From the NCBI RefSeq assembly GCF_024502345.1, contig NZ_JALDNN010000001.1: 64,000 bases of DNA; one strand, given 5' to 3'. The position numbers and the translations under genes are program-made. Within the stretch, counting starts at the first letter, position 1; each line of letters starts with the position of its first letter. Positions 33,452-45,313 of this stretch are shown here, in pieces. Origin of the DNA: Escherichia coli. Lineage in GTDB: Bacteria; Pseudomonadota; Gammaproteobacteria; Enterobacterales; Enterobacteriaceae. The notes beneath the pieces are model-generated. The model made no database searches, was not told the DNA's origin, and saw only the letters and a program-made list of their open reading frames with translations.

Positions 33452-34862
33452 ATGCGTAACGATGAACTTCTTCACCATTTTACTTTTACATTGCTTATGT
33501 TGGGTGGCTATCTACTGACTCTGTTCATCGTTATCGTCCTTTCCTTTTTTCGCCCACTATGCCGAAAAATGGTCTTCCATGGCATATTGCCACAATTGAT
33601 GATGTCGCTAATGGTGTCGCTCGGTTTATATTATCTGGAACGATACTCTATTGCGGTATGGGCCTTACTGGATTCTGTTTGGATATTATTCCCTTGCCTG
33701 TTATTGATCATAGTGATAAATAAATGGTCAAAACGTTCCCTTGTATGGATGAGTGCTTGTCATATTATGTGCTTGCTGTTGTTACTCTGGCAGGTGCAGC
33801 CCACGTTATTTAAAATCAGCTTTTATCACCAACAATTAAGTCACCTGGCTCAGGCAGAACAGGAAAATTTCCGCACACTGGATGCGATTCACGATACGCA
33901 ACGTCTGGAAGAGATGTTGCTGGTAGCGTTGAAATCCCCGGAAAATAAAACCTCTGAAAATGCCTTTCGCTATCTGTCAGGGCGAATCTCACCATTTGCT
34001 ATACCTTCCATTGGCGATCAAAAGTATTCTACCCGCACTTTTTTTACGATTGCGTTGGAACATTACAACGCCCGCGCCATCCGCGCGTTTAGCCGCTTTC
34101 TGCAAGGAAATTCCTCAAAAGCGCAGGAATATCGCGCGATTGTTCATCAAAACAATCCACTGCAGCAGATGTACCGGGGAATAAGTTTGCCAATTCGTTT
34201 TAGTGAAGAAGAGATCGCCCGCCACATTGTTGCCGCTCGCGAGATAAGCCTCACCTTACTGCCCCTGATGCCAGAATTATTAAGCGAAGAGGCGTATGCA
34301 AATGTCATTGATGCTTATGACAGCGCAACGCTGAAGGCTTTTTGGCAGATCCAGCTGCCCGCCCACGCCGGTTTTACGCCTGGAAGCGATGTCGGTAATT
34401 CCTATGACAGCGGCACTCGTTCAACAGGTGAGGGAGTCACCAAAGCGGCTTGAACTGAAAGATAAAAGTGGCAGGACAGTACTAACTTACATCGTGCGCT
34501 TTGGAAATATTGCCGCAGTACAGGCACTGATTGACGCTAATCTGATCGACTGGCAACGGCTTCGCCAATCGACAGAAAGGTCAACACCATTATTACTGGC
34601 CACCTGGCGACAAAAATACGACGATGATCATGTAATCTTCCCATTGATTTTAAAGGACATTCTGGCAAAAAATACACCACCGTCGGCAGAGGAAATAATG
34701 AACTGCATCAAGGATGGTATGACCGCAGATGATTTTTTATCTGCCGGAATGAGCAACACGCAATTCTGTTCTGCGATTGAACAAAGCCTCCAGGCGAAAA
34801 CGTCAGTATTACCGGCGAATCGATTACGCCATCTGCAATCCTCGCTGTGTGCAAAGCTGTAA
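33452..34862 (+). pseudogene. Paralog B of the membrane-anchored ankyrin-like protein, split by a frameshift near 34350-34370 into ORFs 33452..34453 and 34389..34862
   Basis: Good RBS (AAGGA-7nt-ATG); N-terminal TM helices; aligns with paralog A across the frame switch (A: FWRKQPPENRLYRLKAMALIP; B frame1 FWQIQLP, frame2 PPTPVLRLEAMSVIP). Confidence 0.6.
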
Positions 34863-34977
34863 CCAACCGGGAGTTAAGTCATCCGCTGAAAACATCGCAT
34901 TAACTTTTCGATTTCTCTTTCGTTCCGGCTTATAATCCCCGGCCTTTGATTATTTTTTTATCATTTCTGGAAGCAAA

Positions 34978-37197
34978 ATGAGCTCTATCTCCCTGATCCA
35001 ACCGGATCGCGACCTGTTCTCCTGGCCGCAGTACTGGGCCGCCTGTTTTGGACCGGCACCGTTTTTGCCGATGTCTCGTGAAGAGATGGATCAACTTGGC
35101 TGGGATAGCTGCGACATCATTTTGGTTACTGGCGACGCGTATGTCGATCACCCAAGCTTCGGGATGGCGATTTGCGGTCGTATGCTGGAAGCGCAGGGCT
35201 TTCGCGTCGGGATCATCGCCCAGCCGGACTGGAGCAGCAAAGACGACTTTATGCGTCTGGGTAAACCGAATCTGTTTTTCGGTGTTACTGCTGGCAACAT
35301 GGATTCGATGATCAACCGTTATACCGCCGATCGCCGTTTACGTCATGACGATGCCTACACGCCGGATAACGTCGCGGGTAAGCGCCCGGATCGCGCCACA
35401 CTGGTTTATACCCAGCGTTGTAAAGAGGCGTGGAAAGATGTACCGGTGATCCTCGGCGGTATTGAGGCTAGTCTGCGCCGTACCGCACATTATGATTACT
35501 GGTCCGATACCGTGCGCCGTTCCGTGCTGGTGGATTCGAAAGCCGACATGCTGATGTTTGGTAACGGTGAGCGTCCGCTGGTGGAGGTGGCGCACCGTCT
35601 GGCGATGGGCGAGCCGATTAGTGAAATCCGCGATGTGCGTAATACCGCGATTATCGTGAAAGAGGCGCTGCCTGGCTGGAGCGGCGTGGATTCCACCCGT
35701 CTTGATACCCCTGGAAAAATCGACCCAATCCCGCATCCGTATGGTGAAGATTTGCCGTGCGCGGATAACAAACCGGTGGCACCGAAAAAGCAGGAAGCCA
35801 AAGCCGTAACCGTGCAGCCACCGCGCCCGAAACCGTGGGAAAAAACCTACGTGTTGCTGCCTTCTTTCGAGAAAGTGAAGGGCGATAAAGTGCTGTACGC
35901 CCATGCTTCGCGTATTCTGCACCACGAAACCAACCCAGGCTGTGCCCGCGCATTGATGCAAAAACACGGCGACCGCTATGTGTGGATCAACCCGCCTGCT
36001 ATTCCGCTTTCTACCGAAGAGATGGACAGCGTTTTTGCGCTGCCATACAAGCGCGTGCCACATCCGGCCTATGGCAATGCCCGTATTCCGGCTTACGAAA
36101 TGATCCGTTTTTCGGTCAACATTATGCGTGGCTGCTTTGGCGGCTGCTCTTTCTGTTCTATCACCGAGCACGAAGGGCGCATTATTCAGAGCCGTTCCGA
36201 AGATTCGATCATTAATGAGATCGAAGCGATCCGCGACACCGTTCCAGGTTTTACGGGCGTAATTTCCGATCTCGGTGGGCCAACTGCCAACATGTATATG
36301 TTGCGCTGCAAATCGCCACGCGCTGAACAAACTTGTCGCCGTTTGTCGTGCGTTTATCCGGATATTTGTCCGCACATGGACACTAACCACGAACCGACGA
36401 TCAACCTCTATCGCCGTGCGCGTGATCTGAAAGGCATTAAAAAAATCCTCATCGCCTCAGGCGTACGTTATGACATCGCCGTGGAAGATCCGCGCTATAT
36501 CAAAGAGTTGGCGACCCATCACGTCGGCGGTTATCTGAAGATTGCTCCGGAACATACCGAAGAAGGGCCGTTGTCGAAGATGATGAAGCCGGGCATGGGC
36601 AGCTATGACCGCTTTAAAGAGCTATTCGATACCTACTCGAAACAGGCAGGTAAAGAGCAGTATCTGATCCCGTATTTCATCTCTGCGCACCCCGGTACGC
36701 GTGATGAAGATATGGTGAATTTGGCGCTGTGGCTGAAAAAGCATCGTTTCCGTCTCGACCAGGTACAGAACTTCTACCCATCGCCGCTGGCGAACTCAAC
36801 CACCATGTATTACACCGGGAAAAACCCGCTGGCGAAGATTGGTTATAAGAGCGAAGACGTCTTCGTACCGAAGGGCGACAAGCAGCGTCGTTTGCATAAA
36901 GCGTTGTTGCGTTACCACGATCCGGCAAACTGGCCGTTAATCCGCCAGGCGCTGGAAGCGATGGGTAAAAAGCATCTGATTGGTAGCCGTCGCGATTGCT
37001 TAGTGCCTGCGCCAACCATTGAAGAGATGCGTGAAGCTCGTCGCCAGAACCGCAATACCCGTCCGGCGTTGACGAAACATACGCCGATGGCGACCCAGCG
37101 TCAGACGCCTGCTACGGCAAAAAAAGCGTCGTCTACGCAATCTCGTCCGGTGAATGCTGGTGCGAAGAAACGCCCTAAAGCGGCGGTTGGACGTTAA
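34978..37197 (+). CDS. ygiQ: Radical SAM protein YgiQ (UPF0313), 739 aa
   Basis: CxxxCxxC motif (CFGGCSFC); basic low-complexity C-terminal tail; recognised. Confidence 0.9.
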   Translation: MSSISLIQPDRDLFSWPQYWAACFGPAPFLPMSREEMDQLGWDSCDIILVTGDAYVDHPSFGMAICGRMLEAQGFRVGIIAQPDWSSKDDFMRLGKPNLFFGVTAGNMDSMINRYTADRRLRHDDAYTPDNVAGKRPDRATLVYTQRCKEAWKDVPVILGGIEASLRRTAHYDYWSDTVRRSVLVDSKADMLMFGNGERPLVEVAHRLAMGEPISEIRDVRNTAIIVKEALPGWSGVDSTRLDTPGKIDPIPHPYGEDLPCADNKPVAPKKQEAKAVTVQPPRPKPWEKTYVLLPSFEKVKGDKVLYAHASRILHHETNPGCARALMQKHGDRYVWINPPAIPLSTEEMDSVFALPYKRVPHPAYGNARIPAYEMIRFSVNIMRGCFGGCSFCSITEHEGRIIQSRSEDSIINEIEAIRDTVPGFTGVISDLGGPTANMYMLRCKSPRAEQTCRRLSCVYPDICPHMDTNHEPTINLYRRARDLKGIKKILIASGVRYDIAVEDPRYIKELATHHVGGYLKIAPEHTEEGPLSKMMKPGMGSYDRFKELFDTYSKQAGKEQYLIPYFISAHPGTRDEDMVNLALWLKKHRFRLDQVQNFYPSPLANSTTMYYTGKNPLAKIGYKSEDVFVPKGDKQRRLHKALLRYHDPANWPLIRQALEAMGKKHLIGSRRDCLVPAPTIEEMREARRQNRNTRPALTKHTPMATQRQTPATAKKASSTQSRPVNAGAKKRPKAAVGR

Positions 37198-37198
37198 A

Positions 37199-37238
37199 AA
37201 AAATCCCCGGCAACTGACATGCTGCCGGGGATTTTTTT
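37199..37238. terminator. Bidirectional rho-independent terminator between ygiQ and yqhH
   Basis: AAAAAAAATCCCCGGCA-ACTGACATGC-TGCCGGGGATTTTTTTAT. Confidence 0.75.
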
Positions 37239-37239
37239 A

Positions 37240-37497
37240 TCATTCTGCGTACATACGCAAGCAGCGCAGGCAATCAAAATAGTCCTGTGCATCAAGACGC
37301 GTATTGGCTCTGTTAGCTTCGGATTTGGCAGCATAGATTTGTGGGCGTAGTGCTTTCATATCCTGCTCAAGCCGGGCGATTTTGACATTTAATGTTTGTA
37401 CATTGCTCGCCAGTTGATTGACCTTTTGCTCATTGACGCAGCCACTGAGCAAGCAGGTTGCCAGAACAACAGCTCCCACGGTGAAAATCGTTTTCAT
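37240..37497 (-). CDS. yqhH: Lpp-like lipoprotein, 85 aa
   Basis: Lipobox (LLSGC), Lpp-like coiled-coil; recognised. Confidence 0.85.
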   Translation of the reverse strand: MKTIFTVGAVVLATCLLSGCVNEQKVNQLASNVQTLNVKIARLEQDMKALRPQIYAAKSEANRANTRLDAQDYFDCLRCLRMYAE

Positions 37498-37545
37498 ATA
37501 GTGTTCCCTTTTTTATTGTTCCGGCTAATTGTTATTTAATTCAGC

Positions 37546-38472
37546 TCATTGCTTTAATCTGGCGGCGGTTTTTGCCTCAATCTGCTTAAGTAGGCTGCCG
37601 CTGTTCGGGCGGATAAAATCAGCGATTTCCCACTTACCTTCGCGCCGCTGTAAAACCAGCTCTTGCTCTTCGTTGTTGCCATTGGTCAGCGTAAAACGAA
37701 CATGAATGCGGGCGGAATCGGCGGTTTTCTCCAGGACTCGAATTTCATCAACGCGTGAAAATAGCGACTCTTCGCCAAAACAGATCGGATTGTCGTAAAT
37801 AAATTGCCGTTCTATTTGCATATCTTCATCGGGATTGTTGGCCGCCTTGAAGGTGGTTTTATAGAAGGCATTGACCGCCTGGCGGTAAGAGTCGGAAACC
37901 ACCCACGTCCACGGCCAGCTATAATCGGCAATATGTTCAAAGAGTTCGGCAACAAAGGCTTCCGGCTGTTCTTTTTGCAACGAAGCTAAAGCGGCCAGCG
38001 TTTTTTCATTCTCGCTATTAACTGCTTGTAAGACGCTGCCATGATTGCTGACAATATCGTCAATGACCCAACGACCATTTTCCGCCACCATTTTCAGTGT
38101 CTGCGTGGTCTTTTCTTTATCATCTTTAAAGATACGAAAGCGCACAACGGCATCGGCATGATCGGCGTCAGTTTGAGTTATCGCTACGCTTTCTAGCACC
38201 AGATCGCCAAAATCCTGACAATCACAAACCGGATCATAATCCAGCCAGCCAATATTGCCCGGCAGCGTAAGATTGTCGTTCAGGGTAAGCGCCTGTTGAA
38301 TACGCGCAGAAGTTATCGCCCGCTCTCCGGTTTCACCAAAATAAGGGGCAGTGGCATCTGATTTATAGTTCTTATAAATATGCCGGACTGTTTGTTCTAC
38401 GGTCTGTGAGGGGGGCTGTGCGTGTACGGTAAAACTTGCCAGGGCTGCTAAAAACAGAAGTATTATTTTCAT
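37546..38472 (-). CDS. yqhG: DUF3828 periplasmic protein, 308 aa
   Basis: Signal peptide; conserved position. Confidence 0.85.
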   Translation of the reverse strand: MKIILLFLAALASFTVHAQPPSQTVEQTVRHIYKNYKSDATAPYFGETGERAITSARIQQALTLNDNLTLPGNIGWLDYDPVCDCQDFGDLVLESVAITQTDADHADAVVRFRIFKDDKEKTTQTLKMVAENGRWVIDDIVSNHGSVLQAVNSENEKTLAALASLQKEQPEAFVAELFEHIADYSWPWTWVVSDSYRQAVNAFYKTTFKAANNPDEDMQIERQFIYDNPICFGEESLFSRVDEIRVLEKTADSARIHVRFTLTNGNNEEQELVLQRREGKWEIADFIRPNSGSLLKQIEAKTAARLKQ

Positions 38473-38671
38473 CTGTTTTTCACCTCTCCGTTGCGTTTAT
38501 CCCGGATATAGATGAGTTGTTCTTTTAAGAGCTTCCGGCTCTGCATGATGATGTCCTTATATTTGGCATTCCTGAACAAGGAAGAGTAACAACGGGCGGG
38601 ACGCGAGGGGAATAAATGATTTCTGAAAAGTCCGGTAGCGGAACATTACCGCCACCGGGAGAATTTGCACG

Positions 38672-39499
38672 TTAGCCGCCGAACTGGTCAGGATCGGGAC
38701 CGAGACGCTTGCCCTGATCGAGTTTTGCAATTTCGCCGAGTTCGTCTTTGTCGAGACGGAAATCCCAGACATCAAAGTTTTCGGCAATACGTGAAGGTGT
38801 GACCGATTTCGGGATCACCACCAGGCCGCTATCCAGATGCCAGCGGATAACAATCTGCGCCGGGGTTTTGCCGTATTTATCTGCCAGATCGCGAATGACT
38901 TTCTGATCGAAAACGCCTTTCCCTCCTTGCGCTAATGGGCTCCAGGATTCGGTCTGGATTTTGTGTGTCGCGTTCCAGGCGTGTAGCTGGCGTTGTTGCA
39001 TCAGCGGATGAAGTTCGATCTGGTTTATCACAGGCGTCACGCCAGTTTCATCAATCAGGCGTTGCAGGTGATGGATCTGGAAGTTGCACACGCCGATGCT
39101 TTTGATTAATCCCTCTTTTTGCAATTCGATCATGCCTTTCCATGCTTCGACATAATGGTCGATAGCGGGAACGGGCCAGTGCATTAAGTAGAGGTCGATA
39201 TAATCAAGCTGTAGTTTTTTCAGGCTGTCGAGCAGGGCTTCGCGGGGGCGCTTGTGGTCGTCGTTCCACAGCTTAGTGGTGATGAACAGTTCTTCTCTGT
39301 TGACTGAGGCATTTTTCAGGGCTTTGCCGACACCTTCTTCGTTCTTATAGGCCGCGGCGGTATCAATCGAGCGATAACCCACTTCTAACGCTTTTTGAAT
39401 GGCGGTGATTACTTCCTCATTACTTGCTTGCCAGACGCCCAGTCCCAACTGGGGCATGACATTGCCATCCTGTAGCTTAATAACGGTTGGATTAGCCAT
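38672..39499 (-). CDS. dkgA: 2,5-diketo-D-gluconate reductase A / methylglyoxal reductase (aldo-keto reductase), 275 aa
   Basis: AKR motifs; recognised. Confidence 0.92.
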   Translation of the reverse strand: MANPTVIKLQDGNVMPQLGLGVWQASNEEVITAIQKALEVGYRSIDTAAAYKNEEGVGKALKNASVNREELFITTKLWNDDHKRPREALLDSLKKLQLDYIDLYLMHWPVPAIDHYVEAWKGMIELQKEGLIKSIGVCNFQIHHLQRLIDETGVTPVINQIELHPLMQQRQLHAWNATHKIQTESWSPLAQGGKGVFDQKVIRDLADKYGKTPAQIVIRWHLDSGLVVIPKSVTPSRIAENFDVWDFRLDKDELGEIAKLDQGKRLGPDPDQFGG

Positions 39500-39603
39500 A
39501 CGTTCCTCCTTTATATGAACTCACCGGAGCAGGCTCCGGTGAGGTGTTGTGAACTTAAGTCTGGACGAAATGCCCGAAAACGAAAGTTTGAGGCGTAAAA
39601 AGC

Positions 39604-40767
39604 TTAGCGGGCGGCTTCGTATATACGGCGGCTGACATCCAGCGTAATGTCATGATTTTCGCCCAGTTGGGTCATGCCGTGCTCTTCCAGTTTTTTCAGC
39701 AAAGCCGGGATGGAGCTGCCGTCCAGACCGTAGTCGGAGAGGTGGGTAGGCACGCCTAATTGCTCAAAGAAATTGCGGGTTGCGGCAATCGCGGCGTCAA
39801 TACGCTCATCGTCGGAACCTTCAGTGATGTTCCAGACGCGTTCAGCATATTGCAGCAGCTTAGCGCGCTTGGTATCGCGTTTTTCATTCCACAGTGCAGG
39901 CAGGACGATAGCCAGTGTTTGCGCGTGATCCAGACCGTGCATCGCAGTCAGTTCGTGGCCCAGCATATGCGTTGCCCAGTCCTGCGGTACGCCAGCGCCA
40001 ATCAAACCGTTCAGCGCCTGAGTCGCCGCCCACATGACGTTGGCGCGCACATCGTAGTTTTCTGGCTCTTTCAGGGCTTTCGGACCATCTTCGATCAGCG
40101 TCAGCAAAATGCCTTCTGCGAAACGGTCCTGAATTTTGGCATCAACCGGTTTAGTAACATACTGTTCCACGGTGTGTACAAAAGCGTCCACTACACCGTT
40201 AGCCACCTGACGCGGCGGTAGGGTGTAGGTATAAACCGGATCGAGCACGGCAAATACCGGCTGAACATGGGCAGAATGGAACGCCTGCTTATCGCCTGTG
40301 GTTTTACGGGAGATCACCGCACCGGCGTTGGATTCTGAACCGGTTGCTGGCAGCGTCAGCACACAGCCCATCGGGATGGCGCTTTTAATCTCTTTACCGC
40401 CCGTTTGCAGAATGTGCCACGGATCGATATTTTCCGGATAGTTAGCCGCTGCGGCGATAAATTTGGTGCCGTCCAGTACAGAACCGCCGCCAACCGCCAG
40501 CAGGAAAGTCACTTTCTGTTCGCGAACCAGTTTCACGGCGTTCATCAGCGTTTCATAAGCCGGGTTTGGCTCAATACCGCCAAATTCCAGCACGTCCATG
40601 CCTTTCAGGGCATCCAGAACTTGATCGAGAACGCCGGTTTTTTTCACGCTGCCGCCACCGTAGGTAATCAATACGCGAGCATCGTGAGGAATTTGTTCGC
40701 GTAAACCAGCGATTGCGCCTTTACCAAACAGAATGCGGGTTGGGGTGTGCAGATTAAAGTTGTTCAT
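39604..40767 (-). CDS. yqhD: NADPH-dependent aldehyde reductase (Fe-ADH family), 387 aa
   Basis: Track ORF trimmed to [17 protein letters not shown]...; recognised. Confidence 0.92.
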   Translation of the reverse strand: MNNFNLHTPTRILFGKGAIAGLREQIPHDARVLITYGGGSVKKTGVLDQVLDALKGMDVLEFGGIEPNPAYETLMNAVKLVREQKVTFLLAVGGGSVLDGTKFIAAAANYPENIDPWHILQTGGKEIKSAIPMGCVLTLPATGSESNAGAVISRKTTGDKQAFHSAHVQPVFAVLDPVYTYTLPPRQVANGVVDAFVHTVEQYVTKPVDAKIQDRFAEGILLTLIEDGPKALKEPENYDVRANVMWAATQALNGLIGAGVPQDWATHMLGHELTAMHGLDHAQTLAIVLPALWNEKRDTKRAKLLQYAERVWNITEGSDDERIDAAIAATRNFFEQLGVPTHLSDYGLDGSSIPALLKKLEEHGMTQLGENHDITLDVSRRIYEAAR

Positions 40768-40903
40768 TACTTGCTCCCTTTGCTGGGCCAATATGAGGGC
40801 AGAGAACGATCTGCCTGATGTTTTTCATTGTGATCGCCAGCGCCCTGGCTCTCAATGCTCATTTCTGCCAATGTCTTGCCTATTCCTCCAGAGTGCTGGA
40901 GAA

Positions 40904-41860
40904 ATGCTACAAAATTGCGCACAATCAAATTGCCGCATTATTCCTAAGAAATTACGCGATATGAAACGTGAAGAGATTTGCCGCTTGCTGGCGGATAAAG
41001 TTAATAAACTGAAAAATAAAGAAAATAGTTTGTCAGAACTGTTGCCCGATGTGCGTTTGTTGTATGGCGAGACGCCTTTCGCACGTACTCCGGTGATGTA
41101 CGAGCCTGGCATCATAATTCTCTTTTCCGGGCATAAAATCGGTTATATCAATGAACGCGTGTTTCGTTATGATGCCAATGAATACCTGCTGCTGACGGTG
41201 CCGTTGCCGTTTGAGTGCGAAACCTATGCCACGTCAGAGGTGCCGCTGGCAGGGTTGCGTCTCAATGTCGATATTTTGCAGTTACAGGAACTGTTGATGG
41301 ACATTGGCGAAGATGAGCATTTCCAGCCGTCGATGGCAGCCAGCGGGATTAACTCCGCCACGTTATCAGAAGAGATTTTATGCGCGGCGGAGCGGTTACT
41401 CGACGTGATGGAGCGACCACTGGATGCGCGTATTCTCGGCAAACAGATCATCCGCGAAATTCTGTACTACGTGCTGACCGGACCTTGCGGCGGCGCGTTA
41501 CTGGCGCTGGTCAGTCGCCAGACTCACTTCAGTCTGATTAGCCGCGTGCTGAAACGGATTGAGAATAAATACACCGAAAACCTGAGCGTCGAGCAACTGG
41601 CGGCAGAAGCCAACATGAGCGTATCGGCGTTCCACCATAATTTTAAGTCTGTCACCAGCACCTCGCCGTTGCAGTATTTGAAGAATTACCGTCTGCATAA
41701 GGCGCGGATGATGATCATCCATGACGGCATGAAGGCCAGCGCAGCAGCGATGCGCGTCGGCTATGAAAGCGCATCGCAATTTAGCCGTGAGTTTAAACGT
41801 TACTTCGGTGTGACGCCGGGGGAAGATGCGGCAAGAATGCGGGCGATGCAGGGGAATTAA
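40904..41860 (+). CDS. yqhC: AraC-family transcriptional activator of yqhD-dkgA, 318 aa
   Basis: Track ORF 40733.. trimmed to [10 protein letters not shown]... (318 aa); C-terminal AraC HTH; divergent from yqhD. Confidence 0.85.
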   Translation: MLQNCAQSNCRIIPKKLRDMKREEICRLLADKVNKLKNKENSLSELLPDVRLLYGETPFARTPVMYEPGIIILFSGHKIGYINERVFRYDANEYLLLTVPLPFECETYATSEVPLAGLRLNVDILQLQELLMDIGEDEHFQPSMAASGINSATLSEEILCAAERLLDVMERPLDARILGKQIIREILYYVLTGPCGGALLALVSRQTHFSLISRVLKRIENKYTENLSVEQLAAEANMSVSAFHHNFKSVTSTSPLQYLKNYRLHKARMMIIHDGMKASAAAMRVGYESASQFSREFKRYFGVTPGEDAARMRAMQGN

Positions 41861-41861
41861 A

Positions 41862-41892
41862 TACGTTCCCGGTACAGCAGCCGGGAACGGGG
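41862..41892. terminator. Hairpin between convergent yqhC and yghB
   Basis: GTTCCCGG-TACAGCAG-CCGGGAAC. Confidence 0.55.
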
Positions 41893-41899
41893 AAAATCG

Positions 41900-42559
41900 T
41901 CAGGCGTTACAGTATTTTTTTTTTATCACCACAAACAGCGTGCCTAACAAGCCAGCGGTTAACAAGGCAATTGGCAGGATCATCAGGAACGTCATTACCT
42001 GATCTTCATGGCGTTTAACGAACGGAATCATACTTAAGGCATAGCCGAAACTGGTTACCACGCTGACCCACAGCAATCCGCTTAACCAGTTGAAAAACTG
42101 GAAACGGCGGTTTGGCAGACCGGAAATTCCCGCCATGGTTGGCAGCAGCGTACGGACAAATGCAAGAAAACGTCCAGCCAGCAGCGCCAGCAGACCGTGG
42201 CGGTCAAACATGCAGGTGGCGCGCTGGTGATATTTAGCAGGAAGCTGTGCCAGCCAGCCTTTCACCGTTTTGGTATTCCCTAACCAGCGCCCCTGAATAT
42301 AACTTAGCCAGCAGCCCAGACTTGCTGCGGCGGTCAGAATCGCAATCGTAGGCAGAAAATCCATAACCCCCTGGGCAATCAATGCGCCTGCCAGTATCAA
42401 CAAGCTGTCGCCTGGCAAAAATGAGGCGGGCAGCAGGCCGTTTTCTAAAAACAGCGTGGCAAACATGACAAAGTAAACAACGCTAACAATATGAGGATCC
42501 GCCAGCGCGGCAAAGTCGTGTTGCCAGAGCGCAGCGATGATATCTTGAATAACAGCCAT
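41900..42559 (-). CDS. yghB: DedA-family inner membrane protein, 219 aa
   Basis: Recognised; multi-TM. Confidence 0.9.
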
Positions 42560-42698
42560 GGACTTTCCTGTGGAACAGCGTTTAAGCCTTTATCTGCCTA
42601 TTGTACTCCTGAATCGTCCGGGACGCCTTGATCCCGGACGCAACAATTTAAGACTTTTCACAATTAAATGTCTGCAAAATTGTCCAAAAGTGGCAATG

Positions 42699-43886
42699 TT
42701 ATACAATCCGCGCAAAACCGGCGTCCAGATCGGCAATCAGATCGTCGACATCTTCCAGACCAATATGCAGGCGAATCAAGGTCCCGCTAAAATCGATCTC
42801 GCCTTGTGGGCGAATGGCGGCGATATGTTCTGGTTGATTCGCCAGGATCAACGATTCATACCCGCCCCACGAGTAGGCCATGCTGAATAAACTGAAGTTA
42901 TCCAGATAGTTCGCCAGCTCTTCATTACTGAGTTTTTTCTTAAGCACAAAGGAAAATAGCCCGCTGCTGCCTGTAAAGTCTCGTTTCCAGAATTCGTGGC
43001 CTTTACTGCCAGGCAGAGCAGGGTGGTTAACTCGCGCTACTTGCGGATGTTCTGCCAGCCATTCAGCCACTTTCAGACTGCTTTCATGATGTTGACGCAA
43101 ACGCACACCTAATGTGCGCAGGCCACGGCTGGTTATATAGGCGGTATCGGCATCGACCATCTGGCCCATCAGATAGGCGTTTTCCCGTAGCTGCTCCCAG
43201 CAACGGGCATTGCACACGGCAGTGCCAATCATCGCATCTGAATGCCCAACCAGATATTTGGTGGCGGCTTGAATAGAAACATCGATGCCAAAATCCAGCG
43301 CCTTAAACAGCACACCGGCTGCCCAGGTGTTGTCGATCATAATGATGGCATCCGGCACCACACTGCGTACGGCGGCAACAATCGCCGGAACGTCGTGGAC
43401 TTCCATGGTGATGGAGCCTGGCGATTCCAGAAACACGATTTTAGTGTTTGGCTGCAGATGCTTAACGATATCGGCACCAATCAGCGGATCAAACCACGAT
43501 GTCGTTACGCCCAGTTTGCTGAGGATTTTGCTACAGAAATCCTGACTCGGTTCATAGGCGGTGTTGGTCATCAACACATGATCGCCCTGTTCGACAAAAG
43601 CAAGAATGGAATTAGCAACCGCCGCCGCCCCGCAGGGAAATAGCACGCAGCCTGCGCCACCTTCCAGTTCACACATCGCTTGTTGTAAGGAGAAATGGGT
43701 TAACGTTCCACGCCGTCCATAGAACAACTCACCATTGGCGCGATTGCGCGTCGCGTGTTTTTTGGCTTCCACACTGTCAAAGACCAGCGAAGAAGCGCGC
43801 TGAATCACGCTATTTACCGCGCCGAGAGTGTATTTTTTGCTGCGTCCTGCATTCACCAGTTGAGTATCAAGCTTTTTGTCCGCCAT
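42699..43886 (-). CDS. metC: Cystathionine beta-lyase, 395 aa
   Basis: Track ORF trimmed to [20 protein letters not shown]...; PLP-enzyme fold; recognised. Confidence 0.92.
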   Translation of the reverse strand: MADKKLDTQLVNAGRSKKYTLGAVNSVIQRASSLVFDSVEAKKHATRNRANGELFYGRRGTLTHFSLQQAMCELEGGAGCVLFPCGAAAVANSILAFVEQGDHVLMTNTAYEPSQDFCSKILSKLGVTTSWFDPLIGADIVKHLQPNTKIVFLESPGSITMEVHDVPAIVAAVRSVVPDAIIMIDNTWAAGVLFKALDFGIDVSIQAATKYLVGHSDAMIGTAVCNARCWEQLRENAYLMGQMVDADTAYITSRGLRTLGVRLRQHHESSLKVAEWLAEHPQVARVNHPALPGSKGHEFWKRDFTGSSGLFSFVLKKKLSNEELANYLDNFSLFSMAYSWGGYESLILANQPEHIAAIRPQGEIDFSGTLIRLHIGLEDVDDLIADLDAGFARIV

Positions 43887-44137
43887 CTCGGGATTCCTGT
43901 TTTTATACGTCTGGATGTCTAAACTAGCATGAATATTCGCGGGCGCATCCTGAAGAATTGGCATAAAGCAGAAAATTTTCGCAAATGGCGTGCTGGTGAC
44001 TTTTTTACTGCGTAAACGCAAGGAAAAGAAAGCAAAGGTACGGCAGTATGCAAATAGTAATGAGAACGACTATCAATTCGACGTCGTTTTGATATTATTA
44101 TGCGCAGATTTTGTGACTTGCGTCCTGGAGATACACA

Positions 44138-44872
44138 GTGGGTAATAATTTAATGCAGACGGACCTTTCCGTCTGGGGTATGTATCAGCACGCCGATATT
44201 GTCGTTAAGTGCGTGATGATTGGGCTTATTTTGGCCTCCGTAGTCACCTGGGCAATCTTCTTCAGTAAGAGCGTAGAGTTCTTCAATCAGAAGCGTCGCC
44301 TTAAGCGCGAGCAGCAACTGCTGGCTGAAGCGCGTTCCTTAAACCAGGCCAACGATATCGCCGCTGATTTTGGTAGCAAAAGCTTAAGCCTGCATTTGCT
44401 CAATGAAGCGCAGAATGAGCTGGAACTGTCAGAAGGCAGCGACGATAACGAAGGTATTAAAGAACGTACCAGCTTCCGTCTGGAGCGTCGGGTCGCCGCA
44501 GTGGGTCGTCAAATGGGCCGCGGTAACGGCTATCTGGCAACCATCGGCGCGATTTCTCCGTTCGTTGGTCTGTTTGGTACGGTCTGGGGCATCATGAACA
44601 GCTTTATTGGTATCGCGCAAACGCAGACCACTAACCTGGCAGTCGTTGCGCCGGGTATCGCAGAAGCTCTGTTAGCAACGGCAATCGGCCTCGTGGCAGC
44701 GATTCCTGCGGTCGTTATCTATAACGTATTTGCACGCCAGATTGGCGGCTTTAAAGCGATGCTGGGTGATGTTGCAGCGCAGGTATTGTTGCTGCAAAGC
44801 CGTGACCTGGATCTGGAAGCCAGCGCCGCTGCGCATCCGGTTCGTGTCGCACAAAAATTACGCGCAGGATAA
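44138..44872 (+). CDS. exbB: Ton system biopolymer transport protein ExbB, 244 aa
   Basis: Recognised. Confidence 0.95.
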   Translation: MGNNLMQTDLSVWGMYQHADIVVKCVMIGLILASVVTWAIFFSKSVEFFNQKRRLKREQQLLAEARSLNQANDIAADFGSKSLSLHLLNEAQNELELSEGSDDNEGIKERTSFRLERRVAAVGRQMGRGNGYLATIGAISPFVGLFGTVWGIMNSFIGIAQTQTTNLAVVAPGIAEALLATAIGLVAAIPAVVIYNVFARQIGGFKAMLGDVAAQVLLLQSRDLDLEASAAAHPVRVAQKLRAG

Positions 44873-44878
44873 TATCCG

Positions 44879-45304
44879 ATGGCAATGCATCTTAACGAAA
44901 ACCTCGACGATAACGGCGAAATGCATGATATCAACGTGACGCCGTTTATCGACGTGATGTTGGTTCTGCTGATTATCTTTATGGTGGCGGCACCGTTAGC
45001 GACGGTAGATGTGAAGGTGAACTTGCCTGCTTCTACCAGCACGCCGCAGCCGCGCCCGGAAAAACCGGTTTATCTGTCGGTGAAGGCAGACAACTCGATG
45101 TTTATCGGTAACGATCCGGTCACCGATGAAACAATGATTACGGCGTTGAATGCGTTAACCGAAGGCAAGAAAGACACCACCATCTTCTTCCGAGCGGATA
45201 AAACCGTCGATTACGAGACGTTGATGAAGGTAATGGATACGCTGCATCAGGCGGGTTACCTGAAGATAGGTCTGGTCGGCGAAGAAACCGCCAAAGCGAA
45301 GTAA
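44879..45304 (+). CDS. exbD: Ton system biopolymer transport protein ExbD, 141 aa
   Basis: Recognised. Confidence 0.95.
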   Translation: MAMHLNENLDDNGEMHDINVTPFIDVMLVLLIIFMVAAPLATVDVKVNLPASTSTPQPRPEKPVYLSVKADNSMFIGNDPVTDETMITALNALTEGKKDTTIFFRADKTVDYETLMKVMDTLHQAGYLKIGLVGEETAKAK

Positions 45305-45313
45305 AGTAGAATT

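Noticed and set aside
35338-36390. 350-aa minus-strand ORF inside ygiQ
   Set aside because: Antisense shadow ORF in GC-rich coding sequence.
40733-40903. Long N-terminal extensions of yqhC (from 40733) and yqhD (to 40791) that would overlap each other
   Set aside because: Internal Met starts give the known protein lengths (318 and 387 aa) and leave a sensible 136-bp divergent promoter region.
43242-43643. 133-aa plus-strand ORF inside metC
   Set aside because: Antisense shadow ORF.
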